Origin: a virus
DNA: 46,325 nt
IMG/VR virus record: IMGVR_UViG_3300045988_046749
Direction: 5' to 3' (one strand)
Part shown: positions 9,101-16,131 of the stretch, one piece after another
Layout of the letters: every line of letters begins with the position of its first letter
Numbering within the stretch: the first letter of the stretch is position 1
The notes under the pieces: model-generated
Told to the model about the DNA's origin: nothing
Seen by the model: the letters and a program-made list of their open reading frames with translations, nothing else
The model's database searches: none
Translations under genes and position numbers: made by a program

Positions 9101-10500
9101 GCGCACAAGGTATTCCAGGAAAAGCAGGTGCGGACGGAAAGACACCATATCTCCATATAGCTTATGCGAACAGCGCTGACGGAAAAAATGGATTTGATAT
9201 AGTTGTTAGCTCTGGAAAACAATATATTGGACAGTATACTGATTATACACCAGGTGACAGCACTGACCCGACAAAGTATAGCTGGACGAAGATAAAAGGC
9301 GAACAGGGCGATAAAGGAGAGCAAGGTGTACCTGGTAGGACATATTTTATCGAGCTTTCATCCAATATCCTAAAGCGAGGTCAGAATGATAAGGTTTTAC
9401 CAAGTACAATTACGGCAAAAGCTTATTATCGAGATGGTGACAGCGCTGCAAGAACAGCATATTCTGGTAGATGGTATGTGCAGACTTCCACGGATGGCTC
9501 TACATTTACAAACGCATTGGTTTCAACTGTAAATGAGTCGAGTAAAAGTTATACTGTTAGCTCACTGGATAGAAGCGTTGTGTCTGTTAGATTTATTCTG
9601 TATGCTGCTGGCGGAACTACAAATCAGCTGGATATGCAATCTGTCCCTGTGGTGATAGATGTGGACGCACTTACCCACGAAGAGATATTTAATCTTCTTA
9701 CAAATAATGGTTCCATGAAAGGAATTTATAAAGAGGGCAACCAGTTATATATTTCGTTCACTTATGCAAAAGGCGGAGTATTGAAGCTTGGCGGTCCGAA
9801 TAATGGATATGGCACTTTTGAGGTGTACGACAAAGACGGAAATATTATTTGTAAAATAAATAACGAAGATGGCTTCAAAAACATAAAAGGAAGCGAATGG
9901 GCGCAGATAAAAGAATCTATATTTAGCGCTGGATTTGGAAACATAACTGATGGAATCCTTGATTTATCAGCGCAATATGAAAATAAAAGAAATGTTGTTT
10001 TGCAATCAATAACCGGTGATTTGATTCTTAAAGTAGCACAAAATTTTATGATTGAAGGAATGAAATCACTAACAGGTGGTAATCCAATGATGTTTAACCC
10101 ATCATATTTGTATGTTGGATATTCTTCATCATCCTCCATGCATTATAAAGTGCTTGGGAAAACCGTAAAAGAAGATGAACTGGAAGACCTATACAGAATC
10201 AAAGTAATCTGGGCGAAATACAAAGACGGGTATTTATCTGAACGAGATGAACGATATGGCAAAGAAATGCCAATGTTTATAGCTGAAGACATCGACCGAA
10301 GATTTCCAATCGCTGTTGACCATAATGAAAAAGGCAAAGCTGAGAACTGGAACTATCGTATTATGATTCCTTGTATGTTCGCTATGCTAAAAAATGAGCA
10401 TGAAAAAGTCAAAAATTTACAATCTGAGCTTGATTCCGTGAAAGCAGAATTAAATGAATTAAAGCAACTTATCAAACAACATATTTCAATGGAGGTATAA
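6118..10500 (+). CDS. Tail fibre / tail-associated structural protein with collagen-like repeats and a C-terminal intramolecular chaperone (S74-like) domain
   Basis: 1,460 aa with a TTG start after GGGGGTG. The N-terminal region looks like a phage minor structural/Tal protein. Five G-X-Y runs flank four ~50-75-aa modules. The C-terminus ([52 protein letters not shown]) matches the tail-spike chaperone domain pattern. Confidence 0.85.
   Translation: [1460 protein letters not shown]
8308..9336 (+). repeat. Collagen-like G-X-Y runs alternating with four repeated modules (coding repeat inside the tail fibre)
   Basis: [50 protein letters not shown] followed by (T/S)(P/S)Y(L/T)(H/W)I(K/A)YA...YIG.Y.D....DS..P..Y.W...KG, four times. 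Confidence 0.85.
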
Positions 10501-10504
10501 GACT

Positions 10505-10963
10505 ATGGCAAATAACATATGGAGTAATTACACAGAAAAAACAGCAACACCAGTAGATGCAGATGAAGTAATGGTTCGTGATTCCACAGACGGAAAAAAC
10601 AAAAGACTTCTTTTTGGCACTTTCTGGAAGTGGGTAGCTAAGAAATTAAACGAGGCTACCATTTCGGAATTGCAGACCAATAACAAGACAATCATCGGGG
10701 CAATAAATGCACTAAATAGTGAGCTCGATTTTGTGACATTCGCAAGTAGCAGCAATGAAGTAACTGGAATAAAGGAATATTTAATAACAAATAAACCAAA
10801 ATCAATTACAATTTTTAAAGTAGGAAATTCTGGATGTGCTATAGCAACTCCTTACAATACATATGGAGAAGGATACATCGGATTTTTATATTTTGATTAT
10901 TTTGCAAGTTCTCCATCTGACTTGAAATTATATTCTTATCAGAATGGAAAATGGATAAGTTAA
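10505..10963 (+). CDS. Hypothetical tail-fibre-associated protein
   Basis: 152 aa with SD GGAGGT. The N-terminus (TATPVDADEVMVRDSTDGKNKRLLFGTF) resembles N-termini seen on phage fibre/receptor-binding accessory proteins. Confidence 0.4.
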   Translation: MANNIWSNYTEKTATPVDADEVMVRDSTDGKNKRLLFGTFWKWVAKKLNEATISELQTNNKTIIGAINALNSELDFVTFASSSNEVTGIKEYLITNKPKSITIFKVGNSGCAIATPYNTYGEGYIGFLYFDYFASSPSDLKLYSYQNGKWIS

Positions 10964-10978
10964 ATAGCAACAGGAGAA

Positions 10979-11266
10979 TCATATTTTTGTTAATGTCATT
11001 ACAATCCACGTGTTAGTTGAAACTTTTAATGTATTACCATCTAAAGTAAAATTAGTTCCGGATAATTCTGGATTGACAGAAAGTATGCCACCAGTTTTTT
11101 CTTCTGACATTCTGCTAAGTGCTACAGCGAACCCTATGTCTACTATATTAGCTGCGTTTATTGTAGCATAGCAAATTAGATACGAACTTTCATCGTCTAA
11201 TATAATAGATTTGCCATCTGAAGGATTTATTGTAATATGTTCTGCATGAGTTAAGCTATTTATCAC
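10979..11266 (-). CDS. Hypothetical protein (reverse-strand ORF between tail and lysis genes)
   Basis: 95-aa ORF with protein-like composition and no competing + strand ORF. It has a GTG start and no clear SD, so it is uncertain. Confidence 0.35.
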   Translation of the reverse strand: MINSLTHAEHITINPSDGKSIILDDESSYLICYATINAANIVDIGFAVALSRMSEEKTGGILSVNPELSGTNFTLDGNTLKVSTNTWIVMTLTKI

Positions 11267-11367
11267 TATAGAGTTTATTGGAGAGATAAGAAAAAAAATA
11301 ACAAAACACTACCAAACATAAAATGAATATGATATAATCGGTATATCAAAATCGGAAAAACAAAAAG

Positions 11368-11407
11368 GGAGCTGAGTTCCCGTCTACCAAACAAAAAACT
11401 CAGCTCC
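11368..11407. other. Perfect 10-bp inverted repeat with 20-nt loop
   Basis: GGAGCTGAGT (11368-11377) pairs with ACTCAGCTCC (11398-11407). On the minus strand it is followed by CTTTTTGTTTTT. Confidence 0.6.
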
Positions 11408-11440
11408 AAGCACCACAAAGGGGTACGACTATATTATATA

Positions 11441-11480
11441 AAAATGTGGGGCTGAAATTCACAATTGCTCATTGTATCAT
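11441..11480 (+). promoter_or_regulatory. Late promoter copy A (AAATGTGGGG box + -10 TATCAT)
   Basis: AAAATGTGGGGC at 11441-11452 and TATCAT at 11475-11480, with the same 23-nt gap as copies B and C. It lies 30 nt upstream of the endolysin start. Confidence 0.6.
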
Positions 11481-11509
11481 GTACTTATCAATATGAAAGG
11501 AATGATACA

Positions 11510-12526
11510 ATGAGCAAATTACAGGAATTTTTAAACCTTGGTGATTATTACGCATCCAACTGCGGGTACCTTGAGAAGAAAAGTAATGCCTATCTGGATG
11601 ATTTTAAAAAGAATGCAGGATATAACAATTATACCAAATTTGCAAGAGATGTAAATTCTTGGGGACAGCCAGGATGCCAGGGGCAGCCGTGGTGCGCGGA
11701 ATATCAGTTCTGGAAGCTGGTAAAAGTAATTGGAATCACAAATGCCATCAAAATCATGGGCGGTGGTTTTTACAATTGCGTATCCATCACTAACTGGGCA
11801 AAGAAAAAAGGCACTTGGCATAATACTCCAAAGGTAGGTGCGCTTGTAATCTTCCGCAATGGTTCTCATGTTGGAAGCGTGCAAAGTTTTGATAGCTCGA
11901 GAATCTATACAAACGAAGGAAATACTTCTAGTGTAGCTGGAGTGGTAGCAAATGGCGGTGCTGTTCGCAATAAATCCTACTCCATCAACGATTCAGCAAT
12001 CGACGGATATGTTTGGATTGATTGGGAATCTTACGAAGGTACCGCAACCTGGAAAAAAACAGGAACCAGAGTGGCGACTGTGAACGATTTATACGTCCGC
12101 GAGACACCGAATGGTTACGTTATGGGTTCAATCAATAAAGGAACCGTTGTTGAAATTGACGGAAAGACAAACGGAAAGTGGACGCATGTTAAAGTTTCCG
12201 GAATTGGTATTGGTTGGATCTGGACTGGATACCTTGCAAAGGAATCGGTTAATAAACCGGTTAATAAGCCAATTGTAATTTCAAATAAACAGGATAAGAG
12301 CCAGGTTCTCTTCAAGGGGAATGTAACCGCAACCGTTCTGAATGTCCGAACTTGGGCCGGTGAGGAATATCCAAAAATTAAAAAATATCCGACACTCAAC
12401 CAGGGAAATGAAGTAGAAGTTATGAACTATACGCAGAAAGCCAAAAACGGCAGCAAATGGTATTATATCCGTATCGCAGGAAAGTATTATGGCTTTGTAT
12501 CTGCAAAATATGTTAAGAAACAGTAA
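11510..12526 (+). CDS. Endolysin: CHAP/NlpC-P60-like cysteine peptidase + two SH3-like cell-wall-binding domains
   Basis: Cys motif GQPWCAEYQ, His motif NGSHVGSV about 60 aa later, then NEGNTS. Two C-terminal SH3-like repeats are present (VNDLYVRETPNGYV...GWIWTGYL and VLNVRTWAGEEYP...YGFVSAKYV). Confidence 0.85.
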   Translation: MSKLQEFLNLGDYYASNCGYLEKKSNAYLDDFKKNAGYNNYTKFARDVNSWGQPGCQGQPWCAEYQFWKLVKVIGITNAIKIMGGGFYNCVSITNWAKKKGTWHNTPKVGALVIFRNGSHVGSVQSFDSSRIYTNEGNTSSVAGVVANGGAVRNKSYSINDSAIDGYVWIDWESYEGTATWKKTGTRVATVNDLYVRETPNGYVMGSINKGTVVEIDGKTNGKWTHVKVSGIGIGWIWTGYLAKESVNKPVNKPIVISNKQDKSQVLFKGNVTATVLNVRTWAGEEYPKIKKYPTLNQGNEVEVMNYTQKAKNGSKWYYIRIAGKYYGFVSAKYVKKQ

Positions 12527-12531
12527 AAATA

Positions 12532-12565
12532 TCCCGGGGAATTAGCCCCGGGAATTTCTTTTTTG
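12532..12565 (+). terminator. Rho-independent terminator after the endolysin (possibly bidirectional)
   Basis: TCCCGGGG / CCCCGGGA 8-bp stem with a 6-nt loop, followed by ATTTCTTTTTT. Confidence 0.8.
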
Positions 12566-12566
12566 A

Positions 12567-12618
12567 TTAATGACAACATCAATGAGCTAGTTCGCCAGTA
12601 CATAGAAGATATCATTAA
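12567..12618. other. Candidate attP core (imperfect inverted repeat next to the serine integrase)
   Basis: TTAATGA...TCATTAA ends. 17 of 24 positions are symmetric around about 12592/12593. It lies between the lysin terminator and the integrase stop. Confidence 0.35.
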
Positions 12619-14189
12619 TTATTCTTCTGGATTTTTGGGAAAATGTCGAGCTGAAAACCAATCTCGTTGCCCTTCCCATAAGCGTTTTTGGTATCTTTTG
12701 AGTATGTAACCTTTTCAATTAAACTCTTAAGCATTTTATTCTTGGATTCCGTGTCAAGGCTCCAATAGTTATCAAGCAGTTCTTCACAACGCGGGATAAA
12801 ATCCGACTGTTGTTTTATAATATTCTCGTCATGTTTGATTTCTTCTTTTAATTTTTCTATAGTGTCGGAGCATAACTGGATAGATGCGGATATTGTTTTG
12901 GCACGTTCAAGAAAAATCTCCGTGGTGTAGATTCCCTGTTCGAGCAGATCATATTGTTTTGCTTTTTGGGTATTTAAGCTTTCTAGTTCACTTTCTTTTT
13001 CACGTATAAGATTTTGCTTAGATACTATACCGGAATTGATAGCATTGGATGGAACATTAATATCATTATTCAGCTTATACTTCTCTGCTATTTCTTTGAT
13101 TCCATCAAGCACAGCTTTTTCGACTAGAGACAATTTGCTGCTCACTGTAGAGCAAGACGTATATGGACACATGAGAGTATCTTCCTGTCCACGTTTTTGA
13201 TAAGGGCGGCGGACCATAGCGCGACCACACTTGCTGCAATAGACAATTCCGGCAAGCGGATTGCGAATCGAGTTTGCTATACTAACTGGGCGAGGCGGGT
13301 TCTTTTTTCGTATTTCCTGTACGGAGTTAAACAGGTCCTCCGATATAATAGCTGGATGTAATCCTTCACAGACAAGGATGTCCCTGGACCGTGGGCGCGT
13401 CTTAATCACTTGTCCATTCTGTATAGTCTTTACAGTCTTTCTGCCATTCCACCGGATTTTCCCTGTATACACCGGATTTGTTAGAATTCCCTGTATGCTG
13501 GCAGGAGTCCAGTCGCCGCCTAGTGCAGATTCTATACCCATTTCATTTAATTTCCGCACAATCTTCGCGACTCCAATTTGTTCACAGCCATCACCTGCAT
13601 ACCAGGTGTAGATCATTTTTACAACCTCGGCTTGAGCTGGAACAGGCCTGAGAGTATAACCTTTTTCTTTTTCGAGTTTTACTCTTTTGTATCCGTAAGG
13701 TGGTTTGTTACCACAGTATTTGCCCTCTTTTACGGATGAAATTCTTCCAGCGTTCAGACGGCGCTTGATGGTTTTATATTCTCTTCGGCTCATAAATAGT
13801 CCAAACTCAAAATACTCTTCATCAAATTCGTTGTTCGGATCGTATATTTTTGTTGGGGTAATAATCTTCGTGTCAGAGTATTGAAAAGCTCTGGACACAA
13901 CACCTTGGTCGATGGTATCACCTCTGGCAAGACGTTCTACTTCGACAACTAGAACACCGTCCCACAGCCCGGATTCTACCTCATGCAGAAGTTGCTGCAT
14001 GACAGGACGGTCGGCGATAGTTTCCCCAGATACCACTTCGCGGTAAATTGCGCCTACAATGTACTCTTTTTTCTTTGCAAGATCTAACAGGATCCGTTCA
14101 TGTCTGGCGAGGGTTTCACCCTCTCCATGCGCTTCAGCTTCCCGATCGGCTCTGGATTTCCTTAGATAGATGCATACTGATTCGTTCAT
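12615..14189 (-). CDS. int: Large serine recombinase (integrase)
   Basis: 524 aa. N-terminal resolvase catalytic motif (YLRKSRADRE), a recombinase domain, a zinc ribbon (CSKCGRAMV...CPYTSC) and a C-terminal coiled coil. SD AGGAGA upstream. Confidence 0.93.
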   Translation of the reverse strand: MNESVCIYLRKSRADREAEAHGEGETLARHERILLDLAKKKEYIVGAIYREVVSGETIADRPVMQQLLHEVESGLWDGVLVVEVERLARGDTIDQGVVSRAFQYSDTKIITPTKIYDPNNEFDEEYFEFGLFMSRREYKTIKRRLNAGRISSVKEGKYCGNKPPYGYKRVKLEKEKGYTLRPVPAQAEVVKMIYTWYAGDGCEQIGVAKIVRKLNEMGIESALGGDWTPASIQGILTNPVYTGKIRWNGRKTVKTIQNGQVIKTRPRSRDILVCEGLHPAIISEDLFNSVQEIRKKNPPRPVSIANSIRNPLAGIVYCSKCGRAMVRRPYQKRGQEDTLMCPYTSCSTVSSKLSLVEKAVLDGIKEIAEKYKLNNDINVPSNAINSGIVSKQNLIREKESELESLNTQKAKQYDLLEQGIYTTEIFLERAKTISASIQLCSDTIEKLKEEIKHDENIIKQQSDFIPRCEELLDNYWSLDTESKNKMLKSLIEKVTYSKDTKNAYGKGNEIGFQLDIFPKIQKNN

Positions 14190-14285
14190 TTTATCATTCT
14201 CCTTTTTTTACTTGTACGATAATCCAGGAGATGATATAATTATGGTGTAGGTAAGATTTTCTCCGAGATTATCTTATTTATTAAA

Positions 14286-14324
14286 CCGGTTCCTGTTGGT
14301 CGCAGGAGCCGGCTTTTTTGTTTT
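14286..14324 (+). terminator. Hairpin + T-run between the integrase and the upstream Zn-ribbon gene (insulating/bidirectional terminator)
   Basis: CCGGTTCCTG / CAGGAGCCGG 10-bp stem (one G-U) with a 7-nt loop, followed by CTTTTTTGTTTT on the + strand. Confidence 0.6.
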
Positions 14325-14409
14325 AAATGCATAAAGATTAGTTATTTCCGTGCTGGTAGTAAAGGGGCGTTTTTTATTATGCGTTTTTCTTTTTCATATT
14401 CACTTCTCC

Positions 14410-14598
14410 TTAAAGTTTCACCTCAAATATTCTTCCACATTTTCTACAGCGGAATTTTTGCTTTCCCTTTAGCTTTGTATTTACCAGCGTAAAAGGGTGC
14501 AGAGGATTGAGATTAATTGTAGTTTTTTGGTTTCCACTCAAATACTCCACATCCGTACTACCGCAAAGAAACCCTGGACATTTAATTTTCTTTGCCAC
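14410..14598 (-). CDS. Small zinc-ribbon protein
   Basis: 62 aa with a GTG start 7 nt after GGAGGGA. Cys pairs CPGFLC and CRKC. Confidence 0.65.
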   Translation of the reverse strand: MAKKIKCPGFLCGSTDVEYLSGNQKTTINLNPLHPFTLVNTKLKGKQKFRCRKCGRIFEVKL

Positions 14599-14811
14599 TT
14601 AAATCCCTCCTTACATAGTTTATTTTATCTGATTGTACCACAGCGCAAAATAAAATAAAACATAATATTTCTAAATAAGATATAATAAGCGTGTCGAATT
14701 TTCTCGATTTTCGTCAAATACAACATTAATGTACGAAAATTTGTGCAAGATTGAGATATTGTATAATTGTTATATTGAGAGTATAATATAAACTAATTTG
14801 GGAGGAATTTT

Positions 14812-15147
14812 ATGAAAGGAATAAAAAAGCTGGTTATATTTTTTCTGTTTGGGATAATGCTCACATTTTCTGTACGTGCGCCGCTTTGTGAGAGTATCGA
14901 TCCAACAGATTCCGAAGTGATTATTAAGGCAAGTGCCAATAATCAACACATAATACATAATTATACACAAGCAGTTGTATCCGAGGCAGAGTATCAACCA
15001 TTTGTTGTAAATAAAAGCAATAATACTTCTGCGGAATGTAAATGCCATTTCTTTTTCAATCGTTCAAGGCAAAGGGAGGGTGCACTGTTTAAGCAGAGGG
15101 CAAGAAGTATGATCAGTCCGTTCTATATCACTGAGAAGAGGGTATAA
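14812..15147 (+). CDS. Small secreted/membrane-anchored protein (candidate lysogenic-conversion moron)
   Basis: 111 aa with an N-terminal signal-like segment (KKLVIFFLFGIMLTFSVRA). SD GGGAGGA, with TATAAT-like boxes upstream. Confidence 0.6.
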   Translation: MKGIKKLVIFFLFGIMLTFSVRAPLCESIDPTDSEVIIKASANNQHIIHNYTQAVVSEAEYQPFVVNKSNNTSAECKCHFFFNRSRQREGALFKQRARSMISPFYITEKRV

Positions 15148-15202
15148 TGAAATAAAAAGAGAACAAATGTTCTTGTTGTGCGATATTGGGAGGGACGGAT
15201 AT

Positions 15203-15319
15203 ATGGATTACAAAAAGGAAATTATTGAAATGATAGAGAATACTGAAAATGAGAGCAAGTTAAAATTTGTCTATACGATTCTTATTAAATATCTGAAATC
15301 AAAGGAGCAAGGGGATTAA
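15203..15319 (+). CDS. 38-aa hypothetical protein
   Basis: ATG 7 nt after GGGAGGGA. MDYKKEIIEMIENTENESKLKFVYTILIKYLKSKEQGD. Below the ORF-track cutoff. Confidence 0.45.
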   Translation: MDYKKEIIEMIENTENESKLKFVYTILIKYLKSKEQGD

Positions 15320-15337
15320 CCCTTGCTCTTTTTGTTT
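15305..15337. terminator. Bidirectional terminator between convergent genes
   Basis: GAGCAAGGG / CCCTTGCTC 9-bp stem with a 6-nt loop, followed by TTTTTGTTT. Confidence 0.75.
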
Positions 15338-15660
15338 AGCGATGAAACTATTTGTTTTATTGCTTTCTTATCTTCTTTATCGAGTGCTTTGTATTCCTCG
15401 ATAAAATCTAAGATGTCAGGTTCTGACATAAGATTTCCAATTATGGTTGCATAATCATCATCGCTTTTAGAACCCATGAGGTATGTCGGTGTTACTTCCA
15501 AAACGCCACATAGAAGTTCAATAGTGTCCATGTCTGGCTTACACTTATCTTTTTCCCAGTCACTAATTGAATTGTGCTTTGCATTGATTTTTTCTGCAAG
15601 TTGTTTCTGGGTCAGCTTCTTTACCGTTCTGGCTTGCTTGATTTTCTCGCCGAATGTCAT
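15316..15660 (-). CDS. CI-like repressor (XRE-family HTH, no S24 peptidase domain)
   Basis: 114 aa. HTH KKLTQKQLAEKINAKHNSISDWEKDK. Divergent from a Cro-like gene across an operator-rich region. Confidence 0.85.
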   Translation of the reverse strand: MTFGEKIKQARTVKKLTQKQLAEKINAKHNSISDWEKDKCKPDMDTIELLCGVLEVTPTYLMGSKSDDDYATIIGNLMSEPDILDFIEEYKALDKEDKKAIKQIVSSLNKKSKG

Positions 15661-15684
15661 TATCGTTTCCTCCCTTCATAACTA

Positions 15685-15713
15685 ATAATAATATAAAAAT
15701 TTCGGACTGTCAA
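15685..15713 (-). promoter_or_regulatory. Repressor-side promoter
   Basis: On the minus strand: TTGACA (15713-15708), a 17-nt spacer, then TATTAT (15690-15685). Confidence 0.6.
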
Positions 15714-15722
15714 TAAAATAAT

Positions 15723-15737
15723 TTCGATTTTTTCGAA
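15723..15737. promoter_or_regulatory. Operator O1 (TTCG-N7-CGAA; extended palindrome AATTTCGA-N5-TCGAAATT at 15720-15740)
   Basis: Perfect 8+5+8 inverted repeat. Confidence 0.7.
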
Positions 15738-15745
15738 ATTTCTTC

Positions 15746-15774
15746 TTGACATTCGGATATTTCGAAGTTATACT
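15746..15774 (+). promoter_or_regulatory. Cro-side early promoter
   Basis: TTGACA (15746-15751), a 17-nt spacer, then TATACT (15769-15774). Operator O2 fills the spacer. Confidence 0.65.
15752..15766. promoter_or_regulatory. Operator O2 (TTCG-N7-CGAA)
   Basis: TTCGGATATTTCGAA, centred 29 bp from O1. Confidence 0.6.
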
Positions 15775-15781
15775 ATAATTG

Positions 15782-15796
15782 TTCGATAGAAACGAA
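15782..15796. promoter_or_regulatory. Operator O3 (TTCG-N7-CGAA)
   Basis: TTCGATAGAAACGAA(ATT), centred 30 bp from O2, just downstream of the early -10 box. Confidence 0.6.
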
Positions 15797-15822
15797 ATTC
15801 AAGCAGAAAGGAGAAATGAAGA

Positions 15823-16029
15823 ATGTGCGTTGGTAAGAAAATCAAGTCATACCTTGAAAACAACGGCATAACACAGACATTTGTCGCCAACAAAACTGGC
15901 ATTCCTGTTCAGAAACTCAATCTTTCCCTCAATGGAAATCGCAGATTAGATTTCGATGAATACGAACTAATTTGCGGGGCATTATCTGTTGGGACTGACA
16001 AGTTTCTTGAACCAAAGTTACCGGAATAG
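15823..16029 (+). CDS. Cro-like HTH regulator
   Basis: 68 aa. HTH ITQTFVANKTGIPVQKLNLSLNG. SD AAAGGAGA. Confidence 0.8.
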   Translation: MCVGKKIKSYLENNGITQTFVANKTGIPVQKLNLSLNGNRRLDFDEYELICGALSVGTDKFLEPKLPE

Positions 16030-16041
16030 GAGGTAAAAAAT

Positions 16042-16131
16042 ATGAAACGCCATCCGATTATGGAATATGTGATTCCAGCAATTGTAGCAAGCGTGGCAAC
16101 AGTTTTAATCCGTTTAGTGCTAGGGTGGTAA
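16042..16131 (+). CDS. 29-aa hydrophobic peptide (MKRHPIMEYVIPAIVASVATVLIRLVLGW)
   Basis: Canonical SD AGGAGGT 8 nt before the ATG, directly after cro. Fully antisense to the 3' end of the minus-strand gene 16058..16450. Confidence 0.5.
   Translation: MKRHPIMEYVIPAIVASVATVLIRLVLGW

Noticed and set aside
8269-9324. 351-aa ORF on the minus strand inside the tail fibre gene
   Set aside because: It lies exactly antisense to the collagen-like G-X-Y repeat region. The triplet periodicity suppresses stops in the antisense frame. The translation is Cys/Ile/Phe-rich nonsense with no SD.
6118-10500. Diversity-generating retroelement targeting the repeated tail fibre modules
   Set aside because: There is no reverse transcriptase gene and no near-identical template/variable repeat pair anywhere in the genome. 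The four modules are diverged at the DNA level in ordinary fashion.
14048-14239. 63-aa + strand ORF at the 5' end of the integrase gene
   Set aside because: It is antisense to the well-supported integrase N-terminus and has no SD.
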